DNA of 61,360 nucleotides, the filler included. It is 3 parts of 3 records of this genome, joined end to end, with 100 filler letters (N's around TTAATTAATTAA, not from the genome) between each part and the next. Parts side by side here need not be neighbours in the genome. Positions count along the whole stretch, not along the records: positions 49,973 to 61,360 come from SRR20825019_1447; 2 more parts are not named here. One strand, written 5' to 3'. Made by a program: the position numbers and the translations under genes. Positions 52,733-61,360 of this stretch are shown one piece after another. The notes below the pieces were generated by a model. It was not told the origin of the DNA. It saw only the letters and a program-made list of their open reading frames with translations, and searched no databases. Within the stretch, counting starts at the first letter, position 1. Each line of letters opens with the position of its first letter.

Positions 52733-55700
52733 ATGAAAAAAAATGAACATGATTTTAGAAAACTTCTAATGAAACTTACTTCAGTTTATATATTGCTGGC
52801 ATTGGGTCTTCAAGGGGTTTTGGCCAATGGGGCCAATGCGCAATCTTTGCGAAGCACAGAAATCTCCCTTGAACGCGGTTCCTATACGGTACGCAATATT
52901 CTCAACAACGTAGAAGACCAGACTGATTTCAACTTTACCTATTATGAAAGTGAAGTTGATTTGGGCGCTGCATATTCAATTGACAGAACCTACGATTCAT
53001 TATTTGACCTATTATATGACCTATCCTTGGAGAAACATTTTCGTTTCAATAGAATCAACAAATCCATTGCGATATCCAAAATACAGCAGAAAAAAAAGGA
53101 ACCGGAAATTGTGGAACAATTGCAGGTAAGTGGGGTGGTGCTGGATGAAAACGGACAGCCTTTGCCAGGTGCGACAATCGTTGCAAAAGGAAGCAGCATC
53201 GGTACCACTACCGATTTTGATGGAAACTTTGAGGTCGCGGTAAATTCAGATGCCACTTTGTTGGTATCGTACATTGGTTATTTGACCAAGGAAGTCCCTG
53301 TCAATGGACAGACCTCGATGACCATCAGTCTTCAATTGGATACCCAGAAACTGCAAGAGGTCGTTGTGATAGGGTATGGCACCAGCTCAAAAGAAAAAAT
53401 ATCCGGAGCGGTAACCAGCATGGATCAAGAGGAGATCCAACAGTATTCCAATGCCAATTTTGATCAGGCCATCGTGGGGAAACTTGCGGGTGTAAATATT
53501 CTGACCAATGCGCGGAACCCCGGTGATGGCAACACGATTACCATCAGAGGGGCGGGATCCATTACACGGGATGCCAATCCATTGGTGGTGGTTGACGGCT
53601 TTCCATTGGCAGAGGGCAGCTCACTGAATGTAATAAATCCCAACGATATCGCATCCATAGATGTGATCAAGGATGCTGCCTCCGCAGCCATATATGGATC
53701 TCGTGCAGCCAATGGGGTTATCATGATCACCACAAAAAAGGGCAAGGGGAAAAAGTTGACCGTTGAACTTCGTTCTGTTATGGGGCTTCAGGAAAAAACA
53801 GGAAGCTACGATTTGTTGAATGCTTACGATGCAGCTAAATTTTTTAGGGATGGTCGTAACAATGCGTATCTAAAAAACCATGGTAACGTGGGTGTCAACG
53901 ATTCGGAGGAACAGCGTATTGCCAATGGGGCGAATGTCCGAGAGCTCATTTTGGATTACACGGTGCCCTATTTGAACAATGAACCTGGGTTGACAGATTT
54001 CGATTGGGAAGACGCGGTATATAGGACAGGCCTGGTACAGAACCACTATGTGAACATTTCCGGATCCACCGAGGCCACCAATTATGCTGCTTCATTGGGT
54101 TATACCAATGAGGAAGGCATCGTGATTACGGCAGATCAGAAACGCTATACCACCAATTTAAAACTGAATACGAAACTTGGAAAATATTTTAAGTTCGGTA
54201 TAAACCTAAATGGATACTATGCGGAAAGAGGGCTGACCAATGGCGGGAATGGATACCGTTTCCCCATTGACCCCGCGGGAAGGGCAATGGTGTACATGTT
54301 CCCATTTTTTTCAGCCTATGATGACACCAACCCTACGGGCTACAACATCGAGGCGCAGATATTGGCCAATAGGCCCTATAATGCTAATATGCAGGAAAAC
54401 CCTGTGGCAATGTCCGAATTGTCCAAATACGATAGAAGGGAGTTCAGGACTTTTGGCAACACCTACCTTTCTTTTGAACCAATCGATAATTTGGTGCTGA
54501 AAACATCCCTGGGATATTTGTTAGAGTCAAAGTTTACCGATCAATACGCACCCATGCTTACCGGTTCGTATAGACGATTGATCAGTGAAAGGGATTCCAA
54601 CCAAGGTTCGGAAAGCAGAAGCGACCAAGGGGACATACTTGTGGAAAATACGGCGAACTATACCTTCGATATCGGAAAGCATTCCTTCAATGCCCTATTG
54701 GGACAGAGTTTCCAGAAAAGTTCATACACATCGCTATCAGTGAACGGATATGATTTTCCAAACGATATCATTCAGAATATAGATGGATCCACGGAACAGA
54801 CCGCATCAGCTTCTCGCAGCAAGTGGACACAGCTTTCCTATTTCGGGAGGATATTGTATGATTATGATGACCGTTATTTTCTCTCTGGGTCCATTCGTAC
54901 CGATGGGTCGTCAAGATTTGGAAAGGACAATAGATATGGAACTTTTAGTTCTTTCTCCGCTGGATGGGTGTTGAGCAATGAATCCTTTTTTCCTGAAAAT
55001 GACATTTTAACCTATGCAAAGCTGCGATACAGCTGGGGGCAGACAGGAAATAACCAAATAGGGAACTATGCCCAATATGCCTCTATCAGTACAGGAAGGG
55101 ATTATCCCTATGACGGTACCCTTTCCCCAGGGGCCGCGCCTTCCAGTGCGCCTTCATATTCGTTGGGTTGGGAGACCAATACATCGAACAACTTCGGTGT
55201 TGATCTTGGTTTTTTCAACAAAATAAATTTAGGGGTCGATTATTATATAGCGGATATTTCGGACCTGCTATTGGACAGGCCGGTTCCCAAGCATACAGGT
55301 TTTAACAGTTCACTTCAGAACATCGGCGAAATGCGGAACAAAGGATGGGAATTTGAGCTCAATGGATCCAATTTCAATATTGGTGGTCTTTCTTTGGGGT
55401 TCAATGCAAATCTGACCACCAATGAAAATGAGATCATTTCTTTGGGCGGTGCCGATGAACTCTACGAAGGAGGCAATCAAAGGTTTATAACCAGGGAAGG
55501 GGAGTCATTGGCCAATCTATACGGCTATAAAATCATTGGACTTCTAAAATCCGAGGAAGAGGTGGCCGAATATAAGAGCAGGAAGAACACCACATTGTCC
55601 GCTGAAGTTGGGGATTATATTTTCCAAGATACCGATGGGAATGACATTATTGATGCTGATGACAGGGTGCTCCTTGGGGATTATAACCCCGAAGTGACCT

Positions 55701-56209
55701 ATGGATTTGGAATTGATCTAGCTTATAAGGGATTTGATCTGAACCTGAACTTTAATGGAACGATGGGGAGGGTAGCCTATGATTTGATGACCTCTAATTA
55801 TTTGGAATATGGGGAAGCCTTTACCAATACAAACTACAATTATTTCAACAACTATTGGGACCCTGTAAGCAATCCCGAGGGCTATTTGGCACCGCCGGAT
55901 GCCTACGGGAACACCGCGACCCGTAAGGCCAGCAGAAATCCCACAAGCTATAATGTTTTGGACGCGGATTATCTCAGGTTGCGAAGTGTGCAGTTGGGAT
56001 ACAATTTGCCTTCCGGTGTTTTGGACCAATTTCACTTGCAGGCCATGCGCGTTTATGTTTCGGCGAACAATCTCCATACATGGACCAAGTACAGGGGCAT
56101 GAACCCTGATGGCGGGTATACGGGCAATCCGCTTGATAGGGGATATATACAAGGAACCACATCGGTGCCAAGGCTTATTTCCGTCGGCATCAATCTAACA
56201 CTTCAATAA
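52733..56209 (+). CDS. susC: SusC/RagA TonB-dependent transducer with N-terminal signalling extension
   Basis: N-terminal extension before the carboxypeptidase-like domain; INPNDIASIDVIKDAASAAIYGSRAANGVIMITTKKG. Confidence 0.94.
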   Translation: MKKNEHDFRKLLMKLTSVYILLALGLQGVLANGANAQSLRSTEISLERGSYTVRNILNNVEDQTDFNFTYYESEVDLGAAYSIDRTYDSLFDLLYDLSLEKHFRFNRINKSIAISKIQQKKKEPEIVEQLQVSGVVLDENGQPLPGATIVAKGSSIGTTTDFDGNFEVAVNSDATLLVSYIGYLTKEVPVNGQTSMTISLQLDTQKLQEVVVIGYGTSSKEKISGAVTSMDQEEIQQYSNANFDQAIVGKLAGVNILTNARNPGDGNTITIRGAGSITRDANPLVVVDGFPLAEGSSLNVINPNDIASIDVIKDAASAAIYGSRAANGVIMITTKKGKGKKLTVELRSVMGLQEKTGSYDLLNAYDAAKFFRDGRNNAYLKNHGNVGVNDSEEQRIANGANVRELILDYTVPYLNNEPGLTDFDWEDAVYRTGLVQNHYVNISGSTEATNYAASLGYTNEEGIVITADQKRYTTNLKLNTKLGKYFKFGINLNGYYAERGLTNGGNGYRFPIDPAGRAMVYMFPFFSAYDDTNPTGYNIEAQILANRPYNANMQENPVAMSELSKYDRREFRTFGNTYLSFEPIDNLVLKTSLGYLLESKFTDQYAPMLTGSYRRLISERDSNQGSESRSDQGDILVENTANYTFDIGKHSFNALLGQSFQKSSYTSLSVNGYDFPNDIIQNIDGSTEQTASASRSKWTQLSYFGRILYDYDDRYFLSGSIRTDGSSRFGKDNRYGTFSSFSAGWVLSNESFFPENDILTYAKLRYSWGQTGNNQIGNYAQYASISTGRDYPYDGTLSPGAAPSSAPSYSLGWETNTSNNFGVDLGFFNKINLGVDYYIADISDLLLDRPVPKHTGFNSSLQNIGEMRNKGWEFELNGSNFNIGGLSLGFNANLTTNENEIISLGGADELYEGGNQRFITREGESLANLYGYKIIGLLKSEEEVAEYKSRKNTTLSAEVGDYIFQDTDGNDIIDADDRVLLGDYNPEVTYGFGIDLAYKGFDLNLNFNGTMGRVAYDLMTSNYLEYGEAFTNTNYNYFNNYWDPVSNPEGYLAPPDAYGNTATRKASRNPTSYNVLDADYLRLRSVQLGYNLPSGVLDQFHLQAMRVYVSANNLHTWTKYRGMNPDGGYTGNPLDRGYIQGTTSVPRLISVGINLTLQ

Positions 56210-56218
56210 AAAAGCATT

Positions 56219-57595
56219 ATGAAATTCAATAGAATCGTTATATACTCTTTCGCATTGCTTATTGGCATTGCTTGTGAGAATGAGCTCGAACAACTTCCTG
56301 AAACAGGGATATTGGCAGAAAATTATTACTCCACCCAGGAAAATGTGGAGTCGACCGTGACTGCAACCTATAATGAACTCCAAGCATTGTATGATTACTA
56401 TATGATACTTTGGGGCGAAATTCCCTCCGATAATGCCTATATCCAAGCACCGAACTCCAATGGGGGCGCCAGGCCTTTGGAGGATTTTTCATGGACCAGT
56501 ACTTCTGGGTTTGTGGGCAGTATTTGGGAAAATTCCTATGAAGGGATTTTTTATGCCAATACGGTGTTGTCCGTTATTGATGACGTGCTATATGACAGCG
56601 AGTCGCTTAAAAATATCAGGATTGGGGAAATGAAGTTTATCAGGGGATTTTTATATGACAACCTTACCACGATTTATGGCGATGTCCCCTTGGTGTTGAC
56701 CATTGATGACCCCACCTATGCATTTGATGATGCAAGGACCCCGAAAACGGAGATATATGCCCAAATCGAGACAGATCTACTGGATGCGATCGAACTCTTG
56801 CCATCATCCAACAGTGCCGGTAGGCCCAATGCATATGCGGCCCGCGCCATCCTTGCCAAACATTATATGAAAACAAGGGATTTTGATAAGGCAGAAGCTC
56901 AATTGCAGATCATTGTTTCCTCGGGAAAGTATTCCCTTGTGGACATTGATGCACTTTTTGGTGTTGAAAATGAAGGCAACGATGAAGATGTTTTCAGTAT
57001 CCAGTATGCATCCAATCTGGATGGAATGAGCGAGGGAAGTGAATACTACTATATGTTCACACAACCTGATGACCAAGGAGGCCTTGGGGCCATGGCCATG
57101 GAAAGTAGCCTGTATGAACTTTATGCTGCAGACGACCTAAGGAAAGGGTTGGTCACCGAATCCAGTAATGTCTACTACATCAACAAATGGACGCCTTCCC
57201 CCAATAATAGCACGGACGATGGCGGTGACAATCATTTTGTGGTTAGATATGCGGACGTACTGTTGCTCTATGCCGAATGTCTTAATGAGAATAACAAGAT
57301 TGCAGCAGCGGCAACGTACCTTAATATGGTCAGAAACCGGGCAAATTTGGATGATACAACTGCTTCCGGCCAATCGGACATGCGAAGTGCCATTGCAATG
57401 GAAAGACGTTTGGAGCTCGCCGGAGAAGGCCATAGGTGGTTTGATTTACTGCGTACCGGCAAGGCATTGGAGACCATGAATGCTTTCTTTCAAAATGACG
57501 GAAGTAAAATTACCGTTGAAGCCTATCGATTGTTGTCACCTTTGCCACAGGCCGAAGTCGACATCACCAAAATGGAGCAAAATCCCGGGTATTAA
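56219..57595 (+). CDS. susD: SusD/RagB family lipoprotein
   Basis: Lipobox GIAC; YGDVPLV, RYADVLLLYAE, ERRLELAGEGHRWFDLLR, QNPGY. Confidence 0.94.
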   Translation: MKFNRIVIYSFALLIGIACENELEQLPETGILAENYYSTQENVESTVTATYNELQALYDYYMILWGEIPSDNAYIQAPNSNGGARPLEDFSWTSTSGFVGSIWENSYEGIFYANTVLSVIDDVLYDSESLKNIRIGEMKFIRGFLYDNLTTIYGDVPLVLTIDDPTYAFDDARTPKTEIYAQIETDLLDAIELLPSSNSAGRPNAYAARAILAKHYMKTRDFDKAEAQLQIIVSSGKYSLVDIDALFGVENEGNDEDVFSIQYASNLDGMSEGSEYYYMFTQPDDQGGLGAMAMESSLYELYAADDLRKGLVTESSNVYYINKWTPSPNNSTDDGGDNHFVVRYADVLLLYAECLNENNKIAAAATYLNMVRNRANLDDTTASGQSDMRSAIAMERRLELAGEGHRWFDLLRTGKALETMNAFFQNDGSKITVEAYRLLSPLPQAEVDITKMEQNPGY

Positions 57596-57614
57596 ACTAA
57601 AATCAAAAAACCAA

Positions 57615-59138
57615 ATGAAACGTTTTTATAACATATTTTTATGGGTCGCTTGCATAGTGCCGATCCTACATGCATGCAATGTGGATAATACTGATTATTC
57701 TTTGGATACAAGAGATGTCTATATCGATTCCATAGTTATTGAAGCTTCCAAGAACAACTGTGTCGGGGAAGATATCGAGGTGTCGGTGTCCAATTCCTCC
57801 AGAACCATTGCTGCGACCTTGCCCACGGAATGTGATGCAAGTGAAATTATCCTGACCATTTATACAAAGGAAGGTATCTCTGTGTCCCCTGCCTCAGGGT
57901 CGGGTTTCACTACAGGGGATTCCTCACTTTTGGTCTCAGGTTTTGGCCTTGAAGAGGAGTTTACGGTAAAATTGAATGTACTGGAACCATTTCAATCCGA
58001 TGAGGAATTTGTGACGGTTTGGAGAGTTGCTTCGGACGAGGCCATTACCCTGCCCTTGACCGAAAATGGAACATATAATTTTAAAGTGTTTTGGGGGGAT
58101 GGTGAAGACAGCATTGTGGCCGGGTATGATCTTGAATCTGCCACCCACATGTACTCCGAGGCAGGGGATTATACGGTAACCATATGGGGGAATATTGAAG
58201 GATTTAATTTTTATCAAACGGACCAAAGTGCCGATAATATATTGGATATTACCCGTTGGGGGCAAGTAAAACTCGGCAATGATGAGGCTTATTTTAGGGG
58301 GTGTTCCAACCTTCAGATAAGTGCAGTGGATGCCCCTGACCTTACCGGAACCACCACGTTGAAGGCCATCTTCAGAGAGGCCACATCATTTAACAGCAAC
58401 ATCAACCACTGGGATGTGAGCGGTGTGTCCAATATGCAAGATGTTTTTTACAAGGCCACCAACTTTAACCAGCCCTTGAATCAATGGGACGTAAGCAATG
58501 TCAATACCTTCGAAACCATGTTCAGGGAATCTGCATTTGACCAAGATATTTCCAGTTGGGATGTGAGCAATGCCGTTACGTTGAAAAATATGTTCCGGGA
58601 TGCTCCTTTTGATCAACCCATAGGCAATTGGGACGTTTCCAAGGTCACAAGTTTTCAATCCACTTTTAGGGGCAATGATGCGTTCAGCCAAGATTTATCA
58701 GGTTGGGGGGACAAACTCAATAATGTTGTCACCATGCGGGAGATGTTCAGGGACTCTGATTACGATGGTGATTTGAGCGCATGGGATGTCAGTCAGGTCG
58801 TTAGCATGTGGGATATGTTCAAGGACAGTGGTTTTAACAATCCCTCAATTGCTAATTGGGATGTGAGCGGTCTGGACAATATGGAAACTATGTTTGGGGG
58901 CAATGATTGCGCGTTTAATCAAGATATTTCCGGATGGAATGTCAGCAATGTGGTGAACATGCAGAACCTGTTCAAGGAGAACCTTGCCTTTAATCAAGAT
59001 ATTTCCGGTTGGGACGTTGGTAATGTACAGTGTAACTATGATTTTGATAAAGATGCACCACAATGGGAAGATGCGTTTAAACCAAAGTTTAACGCAGATA
59101 AGACAGATAACAACGAATTCTGCAATAGGGATAATTAA
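57615..59138 (+). CDS. Surface lipoprotein with Ig/PKD-like domains and nine DUF285 (BspA-type) repeats
   Basis: Lipobox LHAC; WGDG...HMYSEAGDYTVTI PKD motif; nine FNQ.I..WDVS.V..M..MF-type repeats. Confidence 0.88.
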   Translation: MKRFYNIFLWVACIVPILHACNVDNTDYSLDTRDVYIDSIVIEASKNNCVGEDIEVSVSNSSRTIAATLPTECDASEIILTIYTKEGISVSPASGSGFTTGDSSLLVSGFGLEEEFTVKLNVLEPFQSDEEFVTVWRVASDEAITLPLTENGTYNFKVFWGDGEDSIVAGYDLESATHMYSEAGDYTVTIWGNIEGFNFYQTDQSADNILDITRWGQVKLGNDEAYFRGCSNLQISAVDAPDLTGTTTLKAIFREATSFNSNINHWDVSGVSNMQDVFYKATNFNQPLNQWDVSNVNTFETMFRESAFDQDISSWDVSNAVTLKNMFRDAPFDQPIGNWDVSKVTSFQSTFRGNDAFSQDLSGWGDKLNNVVTMREMFRDSDYDGDLSAWDVSQVVSMWDMFKDSGFNNPSIANWDVSGLDNMETMFGGNDCAFNQDISGWNVSNVVNMQNLFKENLAFNQDISGWDVGNVQCNYDFDKDAPQWEDAFKPKFNADKTDNNEFCNRDN

Positions 59139-59154
59139 TGACCATAACTGATAA

Positions 59155-59181
59155 AGAAGGGACTCCGAAAGAGTCCCTTCT
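59155..59181. terminator. Intergenic hairpin between the DUF285 and PI-PLC-like genes
   Basis: AGAAGGGACTC-CGAAA-GAGTCCCTTCT; no strong U-tract on the + strand. Confidence 0.6.
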
Positions 59182-59200
59182 AAATATAACTTCGGGTAGT

Positions 59201-61105
59201 ATGAAAATGTGGATTACGTTCAGTCTCGCTTTTTTGAGTTTTTTTATTAACTATGGATGTTCATCCGATGGAGGGGACCCATCGATCACAACACCAACGG
59301 ATGACAGCGTTGATCCAGGTCCGGAACCAGTGGTGTTGGATTCCACAACGGCAATTTACAGACAATTTTTCTTTGAGGGCACCCATAACTCCTATTCAGG
59401 GAACTTGGCGGGTATGAAAAGGGAGGGTATCGAGACCCAATTGGAAGCGGGACTTCGTTTTTTTGAGTTTGACCTGTTTTCCTTCCATACACGAAAGGAA
59501 CTTCAGGCGACATGGGCCGAGGAAGTAGATGCCTTTTCCGTTTTTGATTCTATGGGAGATACGTTTATGATCACCTATATGGATGCAACGGGAAAAACCA
59601 CGGTATATAAAGTATTGGACGGTGAAACCGAAATATCATCGGAAAAGACGGAGGTAAAATGGGAAGGGGTGGAACGAAAATTTTCAATAGTGTCCCGATC
59701 TACGGGTGAATATATCTTTAACTATGCTCCGGGAAATGGTGATTTGACGATTTATAGCTTCAACGGTAGCAGTTTGGAAGAAATCCATTCAGAGAATATC
59801 GGTGTTGCCAACATAGGTCTTTCCGCATTTGTTTTTAATGACAACGTCTATTTGGGTGTGCATGCAAAGGATGGTCGCAGATACGATATTCTTAAAGTAT
59901 CATTTGAGGAAGGAGGTGTTTCCATTGGAGCATCCATATATGAACTGGCCTCGGTCTCTTCGGACGAGACCTTGTACCCATTTGAGCAGGACAATAGGCT
60001 ATACCTATTTCGGCACAATGTGAACACCGTGACCAATTTTTCGGTGGAATCTGTAGATACCAGTGGAAGTATGTGGTCTAGAAGTGGCAGCACAACCGGT
60101 ATATCAGATTTGCTCAAGGGAGCGGTGCAGGCAGTTCAAGCGGACGGAAAATTATTTGTGAACTCTTATGCGGCCAACGGCGACGTGGTGGGCTCACAAT
60201 TGGTGATGGACAGCGGAACACCCATATTGGTATACGAGTACAATAACGAAGATGATATGTTGTCGAGTGCCGATGCAGGGGTGTACCCATCCAAGGGTGG
60301 ATACTTCCTGCTTTTGGACAAGGGGGTGTCCGTTCAATTGTCGAAAATGGATATCGGTGTCCTTTCATTGGGCCATGATGCTCCTGGAGATGAGGTAGAT
60401 CTTACGGTTGATAATCCGCAATCCATCTTTCTGGCGGATTGGATCGAATATATAGCTCAATGGAGCAATGCACATCCTGACCATGAACCCCTTTTCATCA
60501 TGACGGAGCTAAAAGAATATGAACAATGGCTGGCAGATGCCAAATGGCAAAATATCATCAAGCTGATGCAGGACAAGTTTGGAGACAAATTAAGGTATCA
60601 CAGTTCAAGTGGGTTCCGCAATGAGCCTCTAGTGGATACTGACAAGATTGTTGATGGTAAAACCCTTTATTTTATGGATGAAAAGGGATCTAAGGAAGGT
60701 GGGCTGTTGGGAAAAGTCATTCTCTACATTCAGCCCAACAACAAGATTACCAAAAGTGAATACACCAATGATTTTGAACCTTTCAAAACCTCGGATGGAA
60801 TACTTCAAGAAAACTTTCTTCAGCTCAAGCGCTATAGGGAAAATAATAAATTGGTGTCTCCAGATTGGAGGCATCCCAATAAGTATGGCAATGATATAGG
60901 TGCTTATATCGATGCAAAGGATGACAGTTATATCAGCCGTATATTCCATATGGAAAGTGCAGACGGTAATGGGCAATATGACAACATCCACTGTACTGAT
61001 GTGATGTTTGGGGTATCTGATAGGCCCTATGAAGGATTGTATACGGATTATGCAAAGGAACAGCGCGTGAAGAACAAGCTCGAAAAGGTAGTGGGCTGTG
61101 ATTGA
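59201..61105 (+). CDS. PI-PLC-like phosphodiesterase lipoprotein with a large internal insertion
   Basis: Lipoprotein signal ending NYGC; GTHNSY..QLEAGLRFFEFD and GHD...WSNAHPDHEPLFIMTELK motifs separated by ~290 aa. Confidence 0.65.
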   Translation: MKMWITFSLAFLSFFINYGCSSDGGDPSITTPTDDSVDPGPEPVVLDSTTAIYRQFFFEGTHNSYSGNLAGMKREGIETQLEAGLRFFEFDLFSFHTRKELQATWAEEVDAFSVFDSMGDTFMITYMDATGKTTVYKVLDGETEISSEKTEVKWEGVERKFSIVSRSTGEYIFNYAPGNGDLTIYSFNGSSLEEIHSENIGVANIGLSAFVFNDNVYLGVHAKDGRRYDILKVSFEEGGVSIGASIYELASVSSDETLYPFEQDNRLYLFRHNVNTVTNFSVESVDTSGSMWSRSGSTTGISDLLKGAVQAVQADGKLFVNSYAANGDVVGSQLVMDSGTPILVYEYNNEDDMLSSADAGVYPSKGGYFLLLDKGVSVQLSKMDIGVLSLGHDAPGDEVDLTVDNPQSIFLADWIEYIAQWSNAHPDHEPLFIMTELKEYEQWLADAKWQNIIKLMQDKFGDKLRYHSSSGFRNEPLVDTDKIVDGKTLYFMDEKGSKEGGLLGKVILYIQPNNKITKSEYTNDFEPFKTSDGILQENFLQLKRYRENNKLVSPDWRHPNKYGNDIGAYIDAKDDSYISRIFHMESADGNGQYDNIHCTDVMFGVSDRPYEGLYTDYAKEQRVKNKLEKVVGCD

Positions 61106-61252
61106 ATGGTTTTTTAAGATTCAGGATTTTCAAGTCGCTGGATAAAAACTTATAGAAATCAAAGCGTCAAACCGTATGGTATTGTGTTTGTTTAATTGGT
61201 GATTGGTGTAGCAACTTTAATAGTGCTGCGCCTTTTTTTAAATGCTATCCAA

Positions 61253-61276
61253 GCGGTCCGGTGGACGGGACTCGAA
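61253..61276 (-). mobile_element. Degenerate tRNA 3'-end copy (att-like remnant, probably tRNA-Asp)
   Basis: Reverse complement TTCGAGTCCCGT(CCA)CCGGACCGC equals T-loop plus acceptor strand GTCCGGACCG with a 3-nt insertion; no 5' half of a tRNA adjacent. Confidence 0.6.
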
Positions 61277-61360
61277 ATTTTTTCCAAAATACCTCGTTTT
61301 TCAGGGCCTCCCAGAGGGTCAATAATGGGAGGCACCGAATTGCTCACCTTTTAACAAATT

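Noticed and set aside
58388-59030. Nucleotide repeats (e.g. TTTAATCAAGATATTTCCGG twice) as a CRISPR array or DGR template/variable pair
   Set aside because: They are in-frame DUF285 protein repeats. No spacers, cas genes or reverse transcriptase are present in the window.

Overview
The window is not one continuous locus. It is three contigs joined by artificial 100-nt spacers (44 N + TTAATTAATTAA + 44 N, at 28704-28803 and 49873-49972). Contig 1 (1-28703, AT-rich, Flavobacteriaceae-like) carries a tRNA 3' end, a LytS/LytTR pair, a sodium:solute symporter and two accessory systems. The first is a SusC/SusD locus built around phosphonate catabolism: DUF5690 transporter, TIGR03364-type FAD oxidoreductase, PhnX-like HAD hydrolase, PbfA-like ammonia-lyase, three exported phosphoesterases and an XRE-cupin regulator. 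The second is a sulfur-oxidation cluster: CRP/FNR regulator, SulP, persulfide dioxygenase-rhodanese, rhodanese, HMA protein, desaturase-like protein, cytochrome c, sulfite oxidase and a DUF2892 start. Four TGTAAC-N4-GTTAC-type boxes in this cluster each sit exactly 22 nt from a Bacteroidetes TAnnTTTG-like promoter element. Contig 2 (28804-49872, GC-rich, Marinobacter-like gammaproteobacterium) is an ordinary rnpB-dcw cluster (mraZ to lpxC, dciA-like, M23 peptidase, partial secA). Contig 3 (49973-61360, Flavobacteriaceae-like) is a probable genomic island with a Fic remnant and an ECF sigma/FecR/SusC/SusD locus. Its cargo is a DUF285-repeat lipoprotein and a PI-PLC-like lipoprotein split by a ~290-aa insertion, and it ends near a degenerate tRNA 3'-end (att-like) remnant. 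All family assignments come from motif recognition, not database searches.
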